From: Alphaproteobacteria bacterium
Lineage (GTDB): Bacteria > Pseudomonadota > Alphaproteobacteria > SP197
Assembly (NCBI GenBank): GCA_965228895.1
Contig: OZ245842.1
Location: forward strand, 4,192,001-4,256,000
Reading direction: 5' to 3'
Length of the DNA stretch: 64,000 nt
In this document: positions 30,744 through 40,572 of the stretch, piece by piece
Position numbering within the stretch: position 1 is the first letter of the stretch
Layout of the letters: every line of letters begins with the position of its first letter
The notes under the pieces: model-generated
Told to the model about the DNA's origin: nothing
The model's input: the letters and a program-made list of their open reading frames with translations, nothing else
Databases searched by the model: none
Program-made: the position numbers and the translations under genes

Positions 30744-32116
30744 AAACGACCGCGCGCGACCTACTCGAAGGATGCCTTGAGGCGATAAGCCGACACAATG
30801 ACCGCATCAATGCCGTGGTCTATCAAGTTGCGGAAGAGGCCCGCAAGACAGCTGACGCATGCGATGCCGCCACAAAACAGGGTCGTTCTGTCGGTCCGCT
30901 GCATGGTCTTCCCGTAACAATCAAGGAGTGTTTTGACGTCAAGGGTATGCCGACAACCTGGGGCGATCCCGCCTTGTCGTCTTCTTACGCAGGGCAAGAC
31001 TCGGGCATTGCGAAACGCCTCAAAGCCTCGGGCGCGGTTCTGATAGGAAAGACCAACATTCCGGCCAACTTGGGAGACTGGGAAACCGATAACCCCCTGT
31101 ATGGCGGCACACGGAACCCTTTTGACCAAGCCATGAGCGCTGGCGGGTCTTCCGGTGGCTCGGCCGCCGCTGTTGCGTGCGGCTTTTCATATGGCGATGT
31201 CGGCAGCGATCAGGGCGGATCCGTGAGACTGCCGGCACATTACTGCGGCGTGAACGGTCTCAAGCCGACGTGGAACATTCTTCCGATGAGCGGCCACAGC
31301 ATGACGGGAGAGCTCCGCGTCCCCGACATTGGCGTCTCAGGCCCAATTGCCCGACAAGCCAATGATATCTCGCTGATGCTTAACGCTTTAGCGGGCGCAG
31401 AGGAAAACAATAGCGCGTGGCAGCTCAGACTTCCAAAGTCGAAAACAACAACGCTCCGCAACGTTCGATTCGCGGCTATGCTTGATCATCCTGAATGCCC
31501 GGTGGATGTATCCTATCGAGACGCACTGGAGCATTTGTTGGAGACGCTGGAACGTTCTGGCGCCAGGGTTGACCGCGGCGCTCGCCCCGGGATTGATTTT
31601 GATCGCGCCAATGACTTGATGAACCTCCTCGTGCGCGCCGAAACATCGACCCGTCTCAATGATCAAACGTTGAAGGAAAAGCGTCGTATCCTGAAAGCGG
31701 ACGCTTCACACGCCTCTCGATTTGACATCCTGAATGCCAGAGGCGAGACGATGTCACATCGCGACTGGTTGCTGCTGCATGAAGAGAGGCTGAGATTGTA
31801 CCGGGCTTGGGACGCGTTCTTTGGCGAGTTCGACTTTTTCCTGTGCCCGGTTTCCGCGAGCGCCGCCGCGCCATTTAGGAAAGCCGTTGCCAATCGCACC
31901 CGAACGATCCCTGTTAACGGCACAGAGCTCCCCGTCCTCGCCCAACACTTTTGGTTTTCATTCGCTAGTCTTGCTTACATGCCGGCAAATGCGGCACCGT
32001 TCGGACATCTGCCATCAGGATTACCGGTCGGTGTTCAAGTACTGGGCGCACGATTTCGCGACCATGATGTTGCAAGTGTGTCCGGATTGATCCAGCAAGC
32101 CACGAAGACATTCTAG
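30722..32116 (+). CDS. Amidase signature family protein, probably 5'-truncated
   Basis: GPLHGLPVTIKE, GKTN, GGSSGGSAAAVA, GSDQGGSVRLPAHYCG, GLPVGVQ. The first residues appear to derive from antisense mlrC. Confidence 0.8.
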   Translation: MGQDNHGQTTARDLLEGCLEAISRHNDRINAVVYQVAEEARKTADACDAATKQGRSVGPLHGLPVTIKECFDVKGMPTTWGDPALSSSYAGQDSGIAKRLKASGAVLIGKTNIPANLGDWETDNPLYGGTRNPFDQAMSAGGSSGGSAAAVACGFSYGDVGSDQGGSVRLPAHYCGVNGLKPTWNILPMSGHSMTGELRVPDIGVSGPIARQANDISLMLNALAGAEENNSAWQLRLPKSKTTTLRNVRFAAMLDHPECPVDVSYRDALEHLLETLERSGARVDRGARPGIDFDRANDLMNLLVRAETSTRLNDQTLKEKRRILKADASHASRFDILNARGETMSHRDWLLLHEERLRLYRAWDAFFGEFDFFLCPVSASAAAPFRKAVANRTRTIPVNGTELPVLAQHFWFSFASLAYMPANAAPFGHLPSGLPVGVQVLGARFRDHDVASVSGLIQQATKTF

Positions 32117-32333
32117 GGTCTGATCAGACCGCGTTGCACATCTTTCAACACATGCGGAATGTGCAAGCGAGCCACGATGCGCGATCTTGTGACACCACAC
32201 GATAGAACGCCGAGAGCCGAAAAAACTCCGGGCCGCGTAACGATAGGTGTGCCGAACGCCTTTCAGGGTCATTGGCGGACATGTGCGATGGCTACTCATG
32301 AGTCTGCTTTGGCTCGAGAAACGAACATGTCGT

Positions 32334-32361
32334 AAATCCCATAATCTGCATTATGGGAAAT
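32334..32361 (+). other. dif/XerCD-like recombination site (copy B)
   Basis: AAATCCCATAA-TCTGCA-TTATGGGAAAT. The right arm matches the E. coli XerD arm TTATGTTAAAT at 9/11. Confidence 0.65.
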
Positions 32362-32482
32362 GGTGGTGCGGGCAGTTCCCCAAATTCCGAGTCACTTGTT
32401 CTAGCTCTCAAGGTCTCTTCAGTTAATCAACAGCAGAGCCCCTACGCGACGGGGAAGGGAACTTTTTCTACGGAACGGGAAA
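32334..32482 (+). repeat. Internally deleted copy B of the boundary repeat
   Basis: CATAATCTGCATTATGGGAAATGGTGGTGCGGGCAGT is nearly identical to 45514-45550, followed by degenerate AGGGAA/ACGGGAA units. Confidence 0.7.
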
Positions 32483-32748
32483 TCACCATGAACATCATGG
32501 CAATGCAACTTGGCGATAGCCAGATAGATTTGATCTATTCTCCGTCGCGATTGTGAACGATACGGGGATTGGTTGACGGACCCAGACGGTCTGCGAACTC
32601 GATAGTATGAGGCGCCCTGGCAAACTCATCATGAGTATCGGATGCGAGGTGATGTGAATAAGGCGGAGTGTTGTGAGGCCCAGGCGTCTTCGCTAAAAGC
32701 GCGCGTAAAGTTTCGCGCCACGCACTCGAGTCTGCGTCAAAGCCCGTT

Positions 32749-34083
32749 CTAATCCCGAAATGATCGGCTCAGTCCTGCGACAAGGGGATCAAGCATATAG
32801 GCGAGCGCCGTCTGCTCGCCGGTAAGGATCATGACTTCCGCTGGCATGCCCGGCATCAGGTCGACGTCGCCCAGTTTTTCGAGTTCGTTTTGAGCAATCC
32901 TGACGCGCGCCTCGTAATAAGGTTCCCCCGTTTGCTGATCCGTCAGCCGGTCGGCGGACAGGCCGATGACCTCGCCGTGAAGAACAGGCGTCTCGCGTTG
33001 GTTTAGGCCGGAAAATCTGACCTCGGCGTTTAGGCCGATTGACGTGTTCTCGATATCATCGGGCCGCACGCGTGCCTTCACGATCAATGCGTCGCCGGCA
33101 GGCACAATGTTCATGATCGGCTCGCTTGGCTTGATGACGCCACCAACGGTATGGGCGTTCATGCCAAGCACCGTTCCGTCTTCCGGCGCGACGATGTCAA
33201 CGCGCTCGAACTGATCCGCCGCCGCCACCCGACGCTGCTCCAGATCGAAGATCTCCGCTTGAACGTCGCGCAACTCGGCGACAACCTGCTCTTGAAAACC
33301 CTTCTCAAGCTGAATGATCTGCAGTTCGGACTCCCCGATCGCGGTTCTGGCGCGCGCGATGGCCGCCAGATCCTCACCGCGTTCACCGCGCAGGCGTTCG
33401 GACTCGCGTTCCAGCGACAGGATACGCGACCGGGTCACATACCCTTCTTCATAAAGCGCGCGCAGACCCTCCAGTTCATCTTCGATCAGCACGATCTGTT
33501 CATTGCTGGCGGATTGCTGAACCTCCAGGCCGCCGATCTCGTCGTGAAGCTGTTCGATGCGTTGACGCAGAATCGCGGCCTCGCCGCTCAGGTTGGCGCG
33601 CCGGGCCTGGAAAAGAAGCTCCTGGCCGTCAAGGATCGTACCGACATCGGGGTCGCTGTCACGAACGTCCAGCAGGTCTTTGGGGAAGGTGATGGTCTCA
33701 AGGCCATCGCGTTCAGCGAGCAGGCGCGCCTCCGTCGCCTGCGCCAGATTGAGCTGGCTGTCGATAATCTGCAGCGAAGCTTCGGACCGCGTAGCGTCGA
33801 GTCTGAGGACGACGTCGCCCTGTTCGACGTGATCGCCGTCGCTCACCAGGATCTCATCGACGATGCCGCCTTCCAGGTGTTGGATGGTTCGCCAGTTGCT
33901 GTTGACCGCGATGACGCCAGGTGCGATCGCGGCGCTGCTCAGCTCGGCCGTTGCCGCCCATGTACCTAAACCGCCGAACATCGCCAGAACGATGACGATG
34001 CCGGTGACAGCGATCGGTTTTATGTGGACCTTCGGCTCGGACGGTGTCGCGCCACCGTGGGCGAAGGCAAGTGCCTTGTTCAT
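32749..34083 (-). CDS. Type I secretion membrane fusion protein (HlyD/PrtE family)
   Basis: N-terminal TM, IQHLEGGIV, IVAPEDGTV, LMPGMPAEV. Confidence 0.93.
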   Translation of the reverse strand: MNKALAFAHGGATPSEPKVHIKPIAVTGIVIVLAMFGGLGTWAATAELSSAAIAPGVIAVNSNWRTIQHLEGGIVDEILVSDGDHVEQGDVVLRLDATRSEASLQIIDSQLNLAQATEARLLAERDGLETITFPKDLLDVRDSDPDVGTILDGQELLFQARRANLSGEAAILRQRIEQLHDEIGGLEVQQSASNEQIVLIEDELEGLRALYEEGYVTRSRILSLERESERLRGERGEDLAAIARARTAIGESELQIIQLEKGFQEQVVAELRDVQAEIFDLEQRRVAAADQFERVDIVAPEDGTVLGMNAHTVGGVIKPSEPIMNIVPAGDALIVKARVRPDDIENTSIGLNAEVRFSGLNQRETPVLHGEVIGLSADRLTDQQTGEPYYEARVRIAQNELEKLGDVDLMPGMPAEVMILTGEQTALAYMLDPLVAGLSRSFRD

Positions 34084-35789
34084 GATGCCGTCCTCAAACG
34101 TGGATTGTCGGTTGGCCGTGCAAGCACCTGCTCCAGGATTGCTTCTTTGTTGCCGAAGGCCTCGATCTGGCCGTTCCGCAAGACGATCAGCTTGTCGACG
34201 GACGCGATCGCGCTGCGCCGGTGGGTCATGACGACAACCGTCTTGCCGAGCTCTTTCATGGCGCGTGTCGCGAGGCCCAGCGCCCGATCGCCTTCCGCAT
34301 CAAGACTGGCATTCGGCTCGTCGAGCACGATCAGCGGCGGCTCCTTATAGAGGGCGCGCGCCAATGCTATGCGTTGGCGTTGACCGCCCGAAAGGCTGCG
34401 TCCGCCTTCGCCGACGACCGTATCGTACCCGTCGGGCAAGCGCAGGATCATGTCGTGAACGCTCGCCAGGCGTGCGGCCGTTACGATGGCTTCCGGCGAC
34501 GCATCGTCGACGAACCGCGATATGTTCTCGCCGACCGTGCCGTCGAACAGATCAACGTCCTGCGGCAGGTAGCCTATATGGCGCCCCAGATCTTCGGGAT
34601 CGTAGTTCTCCAGTTCTGCGCCATCGAGCCTGACGCTGCCGTCATAGGGCCGCCACACGCCAACCAACAAACGCGCCAGGCTGGACTTGCCAGCGCCCGT
34701 CGGACCGATGACACCGACCACATCACCGGGGTCGAGGACAAAGCTGATGCGCTTCAGCGACGGTTCCGTTCCACCGGGCGGCACCACAATGGCCTGCTCA
34801 ACGGAGATCAGGCCACGCGGTGCTGGCAGGCTCATCCGTTCCATGCCGGCCCGCCTGCCGTCCATCAGATTTTGCAGCCGGCGATAGGCATGGCGCGCCG
34901 ACACGACCGTGCGCCAATTGCCGATGGCCTGTTCGACGGGCTGTAACGCGCGCGCCAGGATGATGGATGCCGCGATCATGACACCGGGCGTGATGATCTG
35001 ATCGATAGCAAGAAACGCGCCGACGCCCAGCATGGCTATCTGGATAACCAGACGAACCGCTTTCGAGATCGCACTGATGGTGCCGCCGCGGTCGCTGGCT
35101 TCGCCTTGCAAGATCAGCGATGCCCTGTGTTTCCTACGCCAGCGCCGCTCCAGTGCCGGCAGCATGCCCATCGCTTGAATGGCGTCGGCGTTGCGCAGGC
35201 TGGACTGGGCGAAGACCGCGGCTTCGGCGGCATGACGATTGGCTTCGTCCAGCGGCGATCGGGTCCTTTGCTCGTTGGCCAGCGCCAGCGCAGCCAGGAC
35301 CACCGCGCCCGCCACGGCAACGAAACCGAGCAACGGATGAAACAGGAAGATCACCGCGATAAAGACAGGCGTCCATGGCGCATCGAACAGAGCAAACGGT
35401 GCGGTGCCGGTCAGGAAATGGCGCAGGGTTTCGAGGTCGCGCAGCGCCTGGCCGCGGTCGATCCGCGCCGCACCGAGGCTGCGTTCGAATGTCGCCTGAA
35501 AGACATGGCTGCTGAGCTGTTCGTCAAGGCGCGTTCCGACCCGCACCAGGATGCGGCTGCGGATAACCTCCAGGCCGGCCATGACGGCGATCATGCCGAT
35601 CGCCAGGATCGTCAGGGCGACCAGCGTCGACTGGCTGCCGCTTGCCAAGACCCGGTCATAGATCTGCAGCATGTAGAGCGGTGCGGTCAGCATCAGCAGG
35701 TTGATGAAGAAACTGAAGAAACCGATGAGGCCAAATGACCGGCGCATACGGCGCACGGTCTCTTCCAACAAGTTTGGATCTTTTTCCAT
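34080..35789 (-). CDS. Type I secretion ABC transporter (PrtD/AprD family)
   Basis: PLYMLQIYDRVL, FDAPWTP, GPTGAGKSS, LSGGQRQRIALARALY, LDEPNASLD. Confidence 0.95.
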   Translation of the reverse strand: MEKDPNLLEETVRRMRRSFGLIGFFSFFINLLMLTAPLYMLQIYDRVLASGSQSTLVALTILAIGMIAVMAGLEVIRSRILVRVGTRLDEQLSSHVFQATFERSLGAARIDRGQALRDLETLRHFLTGTAPFALFDAPWTPVFIAVIFLFHPLLGFVAVAGAVVLAALALANEQRTRSPLDEANRHAAEAAVFAQSSLRNADAIQAMGMLPALERRWRRKHRASLILQGEASDRGGTISAISKAVRLVIQIAMLGVGAFLAIDQIITPGVMIAASIILARALQPVEQAIGNWRTVVSARHAYRRLQNLMDGRRAGMERMSLPAPRGLISVEQAIVVPPGGTEPSLKRISFVLDPGDVVGVIGPTGAGKSSLARLLVGVWRPYDGSVRLDGAELENYDPEDLGRHIGYLPQDVDLFDGTVGENISRFVDDASPEAIVTAARLASVHDMILRLPDGYDTVVGEGGRSLSGGQRQRIALARALYKEPPLIVLDEPNASLDAEGDRALGLATRAMKELGKTVVVMTHRRSAIASVDKLIVLRNGQIEAFGNKEAILEQVLARPTDNPRLRTAS

Positions 35790-35931
35790 ACGATCTCTCT
35801 TTCGTCTTCATCGTGTCGACGACGGATCCCCACGCGCCATCGACTGTTTGAGTTTTCTGGATAAGGCCTTGGTCACACCAACGGACGCGCGGGCATCACA
35901 TCGTGACACCCGCGCAGCCGTCGAAACCAAA

Positions 35932-38130
35932 CTACGAGAGCCAGCCGTCGAAACCGAGTTCGGTAAGCTGGTCAACAACACCGCCTGAACCGTCCAGGAC
36001 ATTGTTGTAGGCAGCCGCGGTAAGGTTATCGGCGGTCAAGTCTTCGGCCTGAACATCCTCCAGGACGTAGCGGCGACCGCCGTTGTTGAGGACCTCGATA
36101 ACCAGGTCATCGCCATTCTCGGTAATGCCGATCTGGGATGGCGCAAGATGACCGAAATCGATGACATCGGCGGCAGGGTCGAAGTCGTCGATGACCTCCT
36201 CGACACCCCACTTCCAGGTAATCGCGACGGTTTCTGCGTCGCCGGTGCCTGGATCGCCTGAACCAGGATCACCGGCGCCCGGATCACCTGTACCAGGGTC
36301 ACCGGTACCGGGGTCACCCGTACCGGGATCGCCGGTTCCCGGATCCTGCCCGCCGGTGTCACCGTCGTCGCCGATCAACGCAAAAACCTCAGTCTGGGCG
36401 GTGCTGTCGAGAATGGTGAAGTTCGACGGCGACAGATCCGCAAGGGCAACGTCCTCAAGCGTCGTGGTCTGGTTGTTTGACGGCACGGCGAAGATGGTGC
36501 TGCCGTTGACCTCGCTCACTGCAAGCTGGTCGGCACCGATCCAGTCGATGAAGACGGTATCGTTGGCCGGATCGAAGTCGCTGACCACGGCGTTCTGTCC
36601 CCAGCTCCACGTAACGACCACGGTCTGGGGATCGGCTGTTCCGGGGTCACCTGTGCCGGGGTCACCTGTGCCGGGGTCGCCGGTGCCCGGATCGCCGGCG
36701 CCGTCACCAATCAATGCGTAGACTTCAGCTTGGGCGGTGCTGTCGAGGATGTCGAAGTTGGCGGGCGACAGGTCCGCGAGCGTCACCCCTTCAAGCGTTG
36801 TCGTCTGGTTGTTCGACACCACCGAGAACACGACGTTGCCATTGATCTCACTGACGTCGAGCTGCTCGGCGCTGATCCAGTCGATGAATACGGTATCGTT
36901 CGCCGGATCGAAGTCGCTGACCACGGCCTGCTGACCCCACGCCCAGGTGATGACAACCGTCTGACCGTTGCCTGTGCCAGGGTCGCCGGTGCCAGGGTCG
37001 CCCGTGCCGGGATCGCCGGTGCCGGGATCGCCGGTGCCAGGGTCGCCCGTGCCCGGATCACCTGTACCGGGATCGCCTGTGCCGGGATCGCCGCTGCCGA
37101 TCAGTGCGAACACCTCTGCTGCAGCGCTCAGGTCAAGCACCGTGAAGTTCGCGGTCGTCAGGTCCGCCAGCGCGACACCTTGCAGTGTCGTCGTCTGGTT
37201 GTTGGACGGCACCGCGAAGACAATGTTACCGTCGACTTCTCGCACCTCAAGCTGATCGGCGGTGATCCAATCGATGAAGATGGTGTCGCTCGCCGGGTCA
37301 AAGCCGGTGATGACGTTGTCCTGGCCCCAAGTCCAGGTGACGACGACATCGGCGGTTTCGGCCGTCACGTCGGCCAGTCCGGTACCGTCACCTGTGCCGG
37401 GCGCACCCAGGCCTTCGTCGCCGGTCAACCGGGCTTCGAAGTAAGCGATCATCTCGTCGACGGTGGGCGTGTCGAAGTCGCCGAACTGGGCGACATACTG
37501 CAGGATCGATGTGCCGTATTCGTCAGCGCCGACAGTCCCATCCAGCAGCAGGTTGGCGACGCCATCGAAGCCACGCAGATGGGCAGCGGCCAGAATGCCG
37601 CTCAAGGTCAGCGTGACCTCGACCACCTGGCCGTTGTCGATGTAACTGCGTGTCGTGCCGACATAGTCATCGAGGCTGGCGCCGCCGGCGGCGAGCAGCT
37701 CTTCGATCAGGCCAAGGTTGAAGCCGAACGCCTCCTGAATGGCGACGTCCTGGGCGCCCTTGGTCATGAAGTCTTCAAGTGAGTTAACGCCGTTCTTCCC
37801 GGTCCAGGTGCCGTCCCAGGTAATCTCCGTGGCGCCGTTACCGTAGTAGAAGTCGTCGTCGTAGTAGCCGAGGTCGATCAGCAGAGCTTCGCCGAACTGA
37901 TAACCGACAAAACCCAGACTGTTCATCGAGCGGTAGGACATCGCATCCCATTCCGCATCGCTCAGGTCTCCCCAGCTTGAATACTGCGGAAAGAAGTCCT
38001 GGACCGTTCCGCCGGCCCATTGATCGAGCTGCCAGTCTTGGATTTCACCCGTTTCGTATCGTGGGCGATCCCATCCGGATTCAAACGCCCGTAACGCATT
38101 GAGAAAGTCGTCAAATGTGCCTGCACTCAT
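35932..38130 (-). CDS. Probable T1SS substrate: lysozyme-like N-terminal domain, 3-4 repeated ~85-aa domains, (GDPGT)n linkers
   Basis: No signal peptide; directly upstream of the T1SS genes. FESG...GYQFG...GILAAAHL...DEYGTS; repeated TWxWG...FDPAxD...NNQTTTL. Confidence 0.8.
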   Translation of the reverse strand: MSAGTFDDFLNALRAFESGWDRPRYETGEIQDWQLDQWAGGTVQDFFPQYSSWGDLSDAEWDAMSYRSMNSLGFVGYQFGEALLIDLGYYDDDFYYGNGATEITWDGTWTGKNGVNSLEDFMTKGAQDVAIQEAFGFNLGLIEELLAAGGASLDDYVGTTRSYIDNGQVVEVTLTLSGILAAAHLRGFDGVANLLLDGTVGADEYGTSILQYVAQFGDFDTPTVDEMIAYFEARLTGDEGLGAPGTGDGTGLADVTAETADVVVTWTWGQDNVITGFDPASDTIFIDWITADQLEVREVDGNIVFAVPSNNQTTTLQGVALADLTTANFTVLDLSAAAEVFALIGSGDPGTGDPGTGDPGTGDPGTGDPGTGDPGTGDPGTGDPGTGNGQTVVITWAWGQQAVVSDFDPANDTVFIDWISAEQLDVSEINGNVVFSVVSNNQTTTLEGVTLADLSPANFDILDSTAQAEVYALIGDGAGDPGTGDPGTGDPGTGDPGTADPQTVVVTWSWGQNAVVSDFDPANDTVFIDWIGADQLAVSEVNGSTIFAVPSNNQTTTLEDVALADLSPSNFTILDSTAQTEVFALIGDDGDTGGQDPGTGDPGTGDPGTGDPGTGDPGAGDPGSGDPGTGDAETVAITWKWGVEEVIDDFDPAADVIDFGHLAPSQIGITENGDDLVIEVLNNGGRRYVLEDVQAEDLTADNLTAAAYNNVLDGSGGVVDQLTELGFDGWLS
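36240..36347 (-). repeat. 15-bp tandem coding repeat, ~7 x GDPG(T/A/S)
   Basis: Visible in both DNA and translation. Confidence 0.85.
36637..36698 (-). repeat. 15-bp tandem coding repeat, 4 x GDPGT
   Basis: Visible in both DNA and translation. Confidence 0.85.
36971..37093 (-). repeat. 15-bp tandem coding repeat, 8 x GDPGT
   Basis: Visible in both DNA and translation; synonymous variation between units. Confidence 0.9.
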
Positions 38131-39009
38131 GGCGGGCCTCCTGTCGGTATTTGTGTTTTTATGTAGGTCGGCCGTTCAGCCGAGATCCCCCGTGGTACCC
38201 GGAGGTGTGTCCAAAAAATCTAGTCGATGGTCTCTCCTGCGTTGTAGGACTGGGAATGGTTAACCTTTTGCCCGGCGCGCAACGCGTCGGATGTCGTGGC
38301 AGTTGAAGCGCTGTTGTGGATTCGGAATCGCTTGATGCGATGAACGACCGGACGACCTAAACCGGATGGGACGGCGCCCGGAACATCAGTCGTCCTTATG
38401 ACCCGAGGACTGGCATTTCTTGCGCCAATGATGCTGGGCTTGATAAGCACGTCAGACGGCGACTGCGCCGGCATTGTGGGCTTTACTGACGTCAAACTTG
38501 CGCGAACGTCATCGTCAGGGATCTTCGACATTACGGCAACGGTTCCAAAGCAGCGTGTCCTTATTGTGACGCCGCATGCAATTCGTTAACCGCTCTCCCT
38601 CCGATACGGCGCTTCGAACTCACACGTAGACAACGCTCGTACGTAGGTTCTCTTGGGAACCCTACGCGGCAAAAGTGTTAACGCAAGGTGATCGCTGGCG
38701 TTGCGGTCAGCCGTTAGGAGCATGAGACCGACATGCCGTTCGCGTACGGCGACGCAGACGGGCGCGACGAGAGGTGTCACTTTGGGCGGAACCGCCCGTA
38801 GATTTTCGTGATGGGAGGTGCACGGACGTACACCTCCGCGCGTCCATGCGTCAGTTCTCGTCATGTGGCTCTTGCATGCCGCAACAGCGTCGGTGCGTCC
38901 GTGAAGGTGCACGCCGACGAGGCAGCACCGGCTGATAGCTTTGCGGTCTAAGAGGCGGTCGCGACGCGCCGGTTACACGGACCCCATACGTCGACGACCG
39001 CCCCTATCG

Positions 39010-40539
39010 TTAATCGCCTTCCACTTCCAGCGGGGCGCCGCCGGCACCAGGTGCGCCGAACGTCAGGGTGTTGTCGACATAGGCGCGCATTGCTTCCGCC
39101 CACTTGGTCAGCGTGTCGCAGATTTCTGGCTTGTCGGCGACATCGACTGTACACCGCAACGAACTGAAGTTGGTCAGGCTCATGGCCATCTGCAGCGAAT
39201 AGTCGGCCGAATAGAGCTGACTGTCGCTAAACACCGTTCCCGCCTGGACGTTGCGGTAAAAGGACATCTGGAAGTCCTGATGCGTTGCCACTGAATCGGC
39301 CGTCGTTATGCCCAACACCGGCGCGAGCGTAGATGCCGCAGGCTCAATTGCCGTCGCCGGGAAGCCGGCTGTCTGATGACACCCCATACAGGCAGCCTGC
39401 GGATTGTCGACCGGGCCAGCAAGACGACCTCCATAGCCCAGATGGTCGAGGCTCAACTCGTTTGCCGTCAGCTCCTTCAAGGCATCCATGTTGATCCACT
39501 GCTGCGTGAGTTTCGACTCATCGCAGTTACCGTCCGCATCACACGAATCGGCATAGGTGACACTCGGATCGCTGCCCCACTGGAGGCCGAGGGTAACCAT
39601 ACGATCCCACGGCGTCTCTCCGTCTCTTGTGCCGTCATAGGCGAAGGTCCCGAACAGCCAGCCGGTCAGACTGCGGTCGTCACGAACGGCCACGTCGATC
39701 TGCAGCATGCGCACCGGCTGAACCTCGCGGTCGTACTTCGACAGCGGTCCTTCGTTTCTGACTTCCGGGTTTTGCTCGACGTATCTGTCGGCTTGCCACA
39801 CGAGCGAGTTGACCATGGTCGGTAACTGTTCATCTTGGACCGTCGAGAATAGCAGTTTGATGATGTAGGACCCGTCGGGGAAGTTGTTCAGCCCGGTGGG
39901 ATCTGGATTGAGTGCCGAGGGATCGGGCGAATCCGGATCGCAATAGACCTGTCCGATAGCGAAGCCGCCTCGGTCGTTATAGTACGCGCCCGACCACGTA
40001 TCGACGAACTTGCCCTGGATTGTTGAGAACGTCTTGGGGAATGAGTCGAATTCGTGGGTCAGGCCGTGCACAAACTCTCGCCCGTCGGTGCCCGGCCAAT
40101 CGCCGGCCACCTCCGTATTCCAGTCCATCCACGGCATCGAGTACCAGTCCCGTACCGTGTTGTCCTCGACATAGAAGTCGACCTCGATGTTGCCTTCGAC
40201 GCCATACGCCAACAACGCCTCAAGATAGGCCTTCGGGTCCGTCGGACCGCCATTTTCGAACTCGATCGCGAGCCAGGGATAATCCTCCATCGGAGGAAGC
40301 TGATCGGGATAGTCCTGGCTAAGCTTGAAAACCCGCCCGGTGTAGTCGTCCGGCGGGTCGCCGCCTTCGCCCTGCAGATAGTAGTCCTTGAACATGCCGC
40401 GCACGCAGTCCTGCTTGGCATGGGCGTTGCGGACATCGTCCGACGAAGCCGCAGCAAGATCGGCACCAGCGAGAGCAAACGCGCCAGCGACAAAAACGGA
40501 TAACCCCAAGGCAAGCTTGGTCGCGTCTTTCTTGCTCAC
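39010..40539 (-). CDS. Exported protein with a single c-type heme motif (CMGCH)
   Basis: Sec-type signal peptide; GPVDNPQAACMGCHQTA; GGAG-type RBS. Confidence 0.75.
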   Translation of the reverse strand: MSKKDATKLALGLSVFVAGAFALAGADLAAASSDDVRNAHAKQDCVRGMFKDYYLQGEGGDPPDDYTGRVFKLSQDYPDQLPPMEDYPWLAIEFENGGPTDPKAYLEALLAYGVEGNIEVDFYVEDNTVRDWYSMPWMDWNTEVAGDWPGTDGREFVHGLTHEFDSFPKTFSTIQGKFVDTWSGAYYNDRGGFAIGQVYCDPDSPDPSALNPDPTGLNNFPDGSYIIKLLFSTVQDEQLPTMVNSLVWQADRYVEQNPEVRNEGPLSKYDREVQPVRMLQIDVAVRDDRSLTGWLFGTFAYDGTRDGETPWDRMVTLGLQWGSDPSVTYADSCDADGNCDESKLTQQWINMDALKELTANELSLDHLGYGGRLAGPVDNPQAACMGCHQTAGFPATAIEPAASTLAPVLGITTADSVATHQDFQMSFYRNVQAGTVFSDSQLYSADYSLQMAMSLTNFSSLRCTVDVADKPEICDTLTKWAEAMRAYVDNTLTFGAPGAGGAPLEVEGD

Positions 40540-40572
40540 TTCTCACATCTCCTCTTCGTTCGTCTGGTACGG

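Noticed and set aside
36240-37093. 15-bp tandem repeats as a CRISPR array
   Set aside because: No unique spacers, the variation is mostly synonymous within a coding frame, and there are no cas genes.
38131-39009. Hidden gene or ncRNA in the ~880-bp intergenic gap
   Set aside because: The short ORFs lack motifs or RBS and no convincing structure was seen; cannot be supported without a search.
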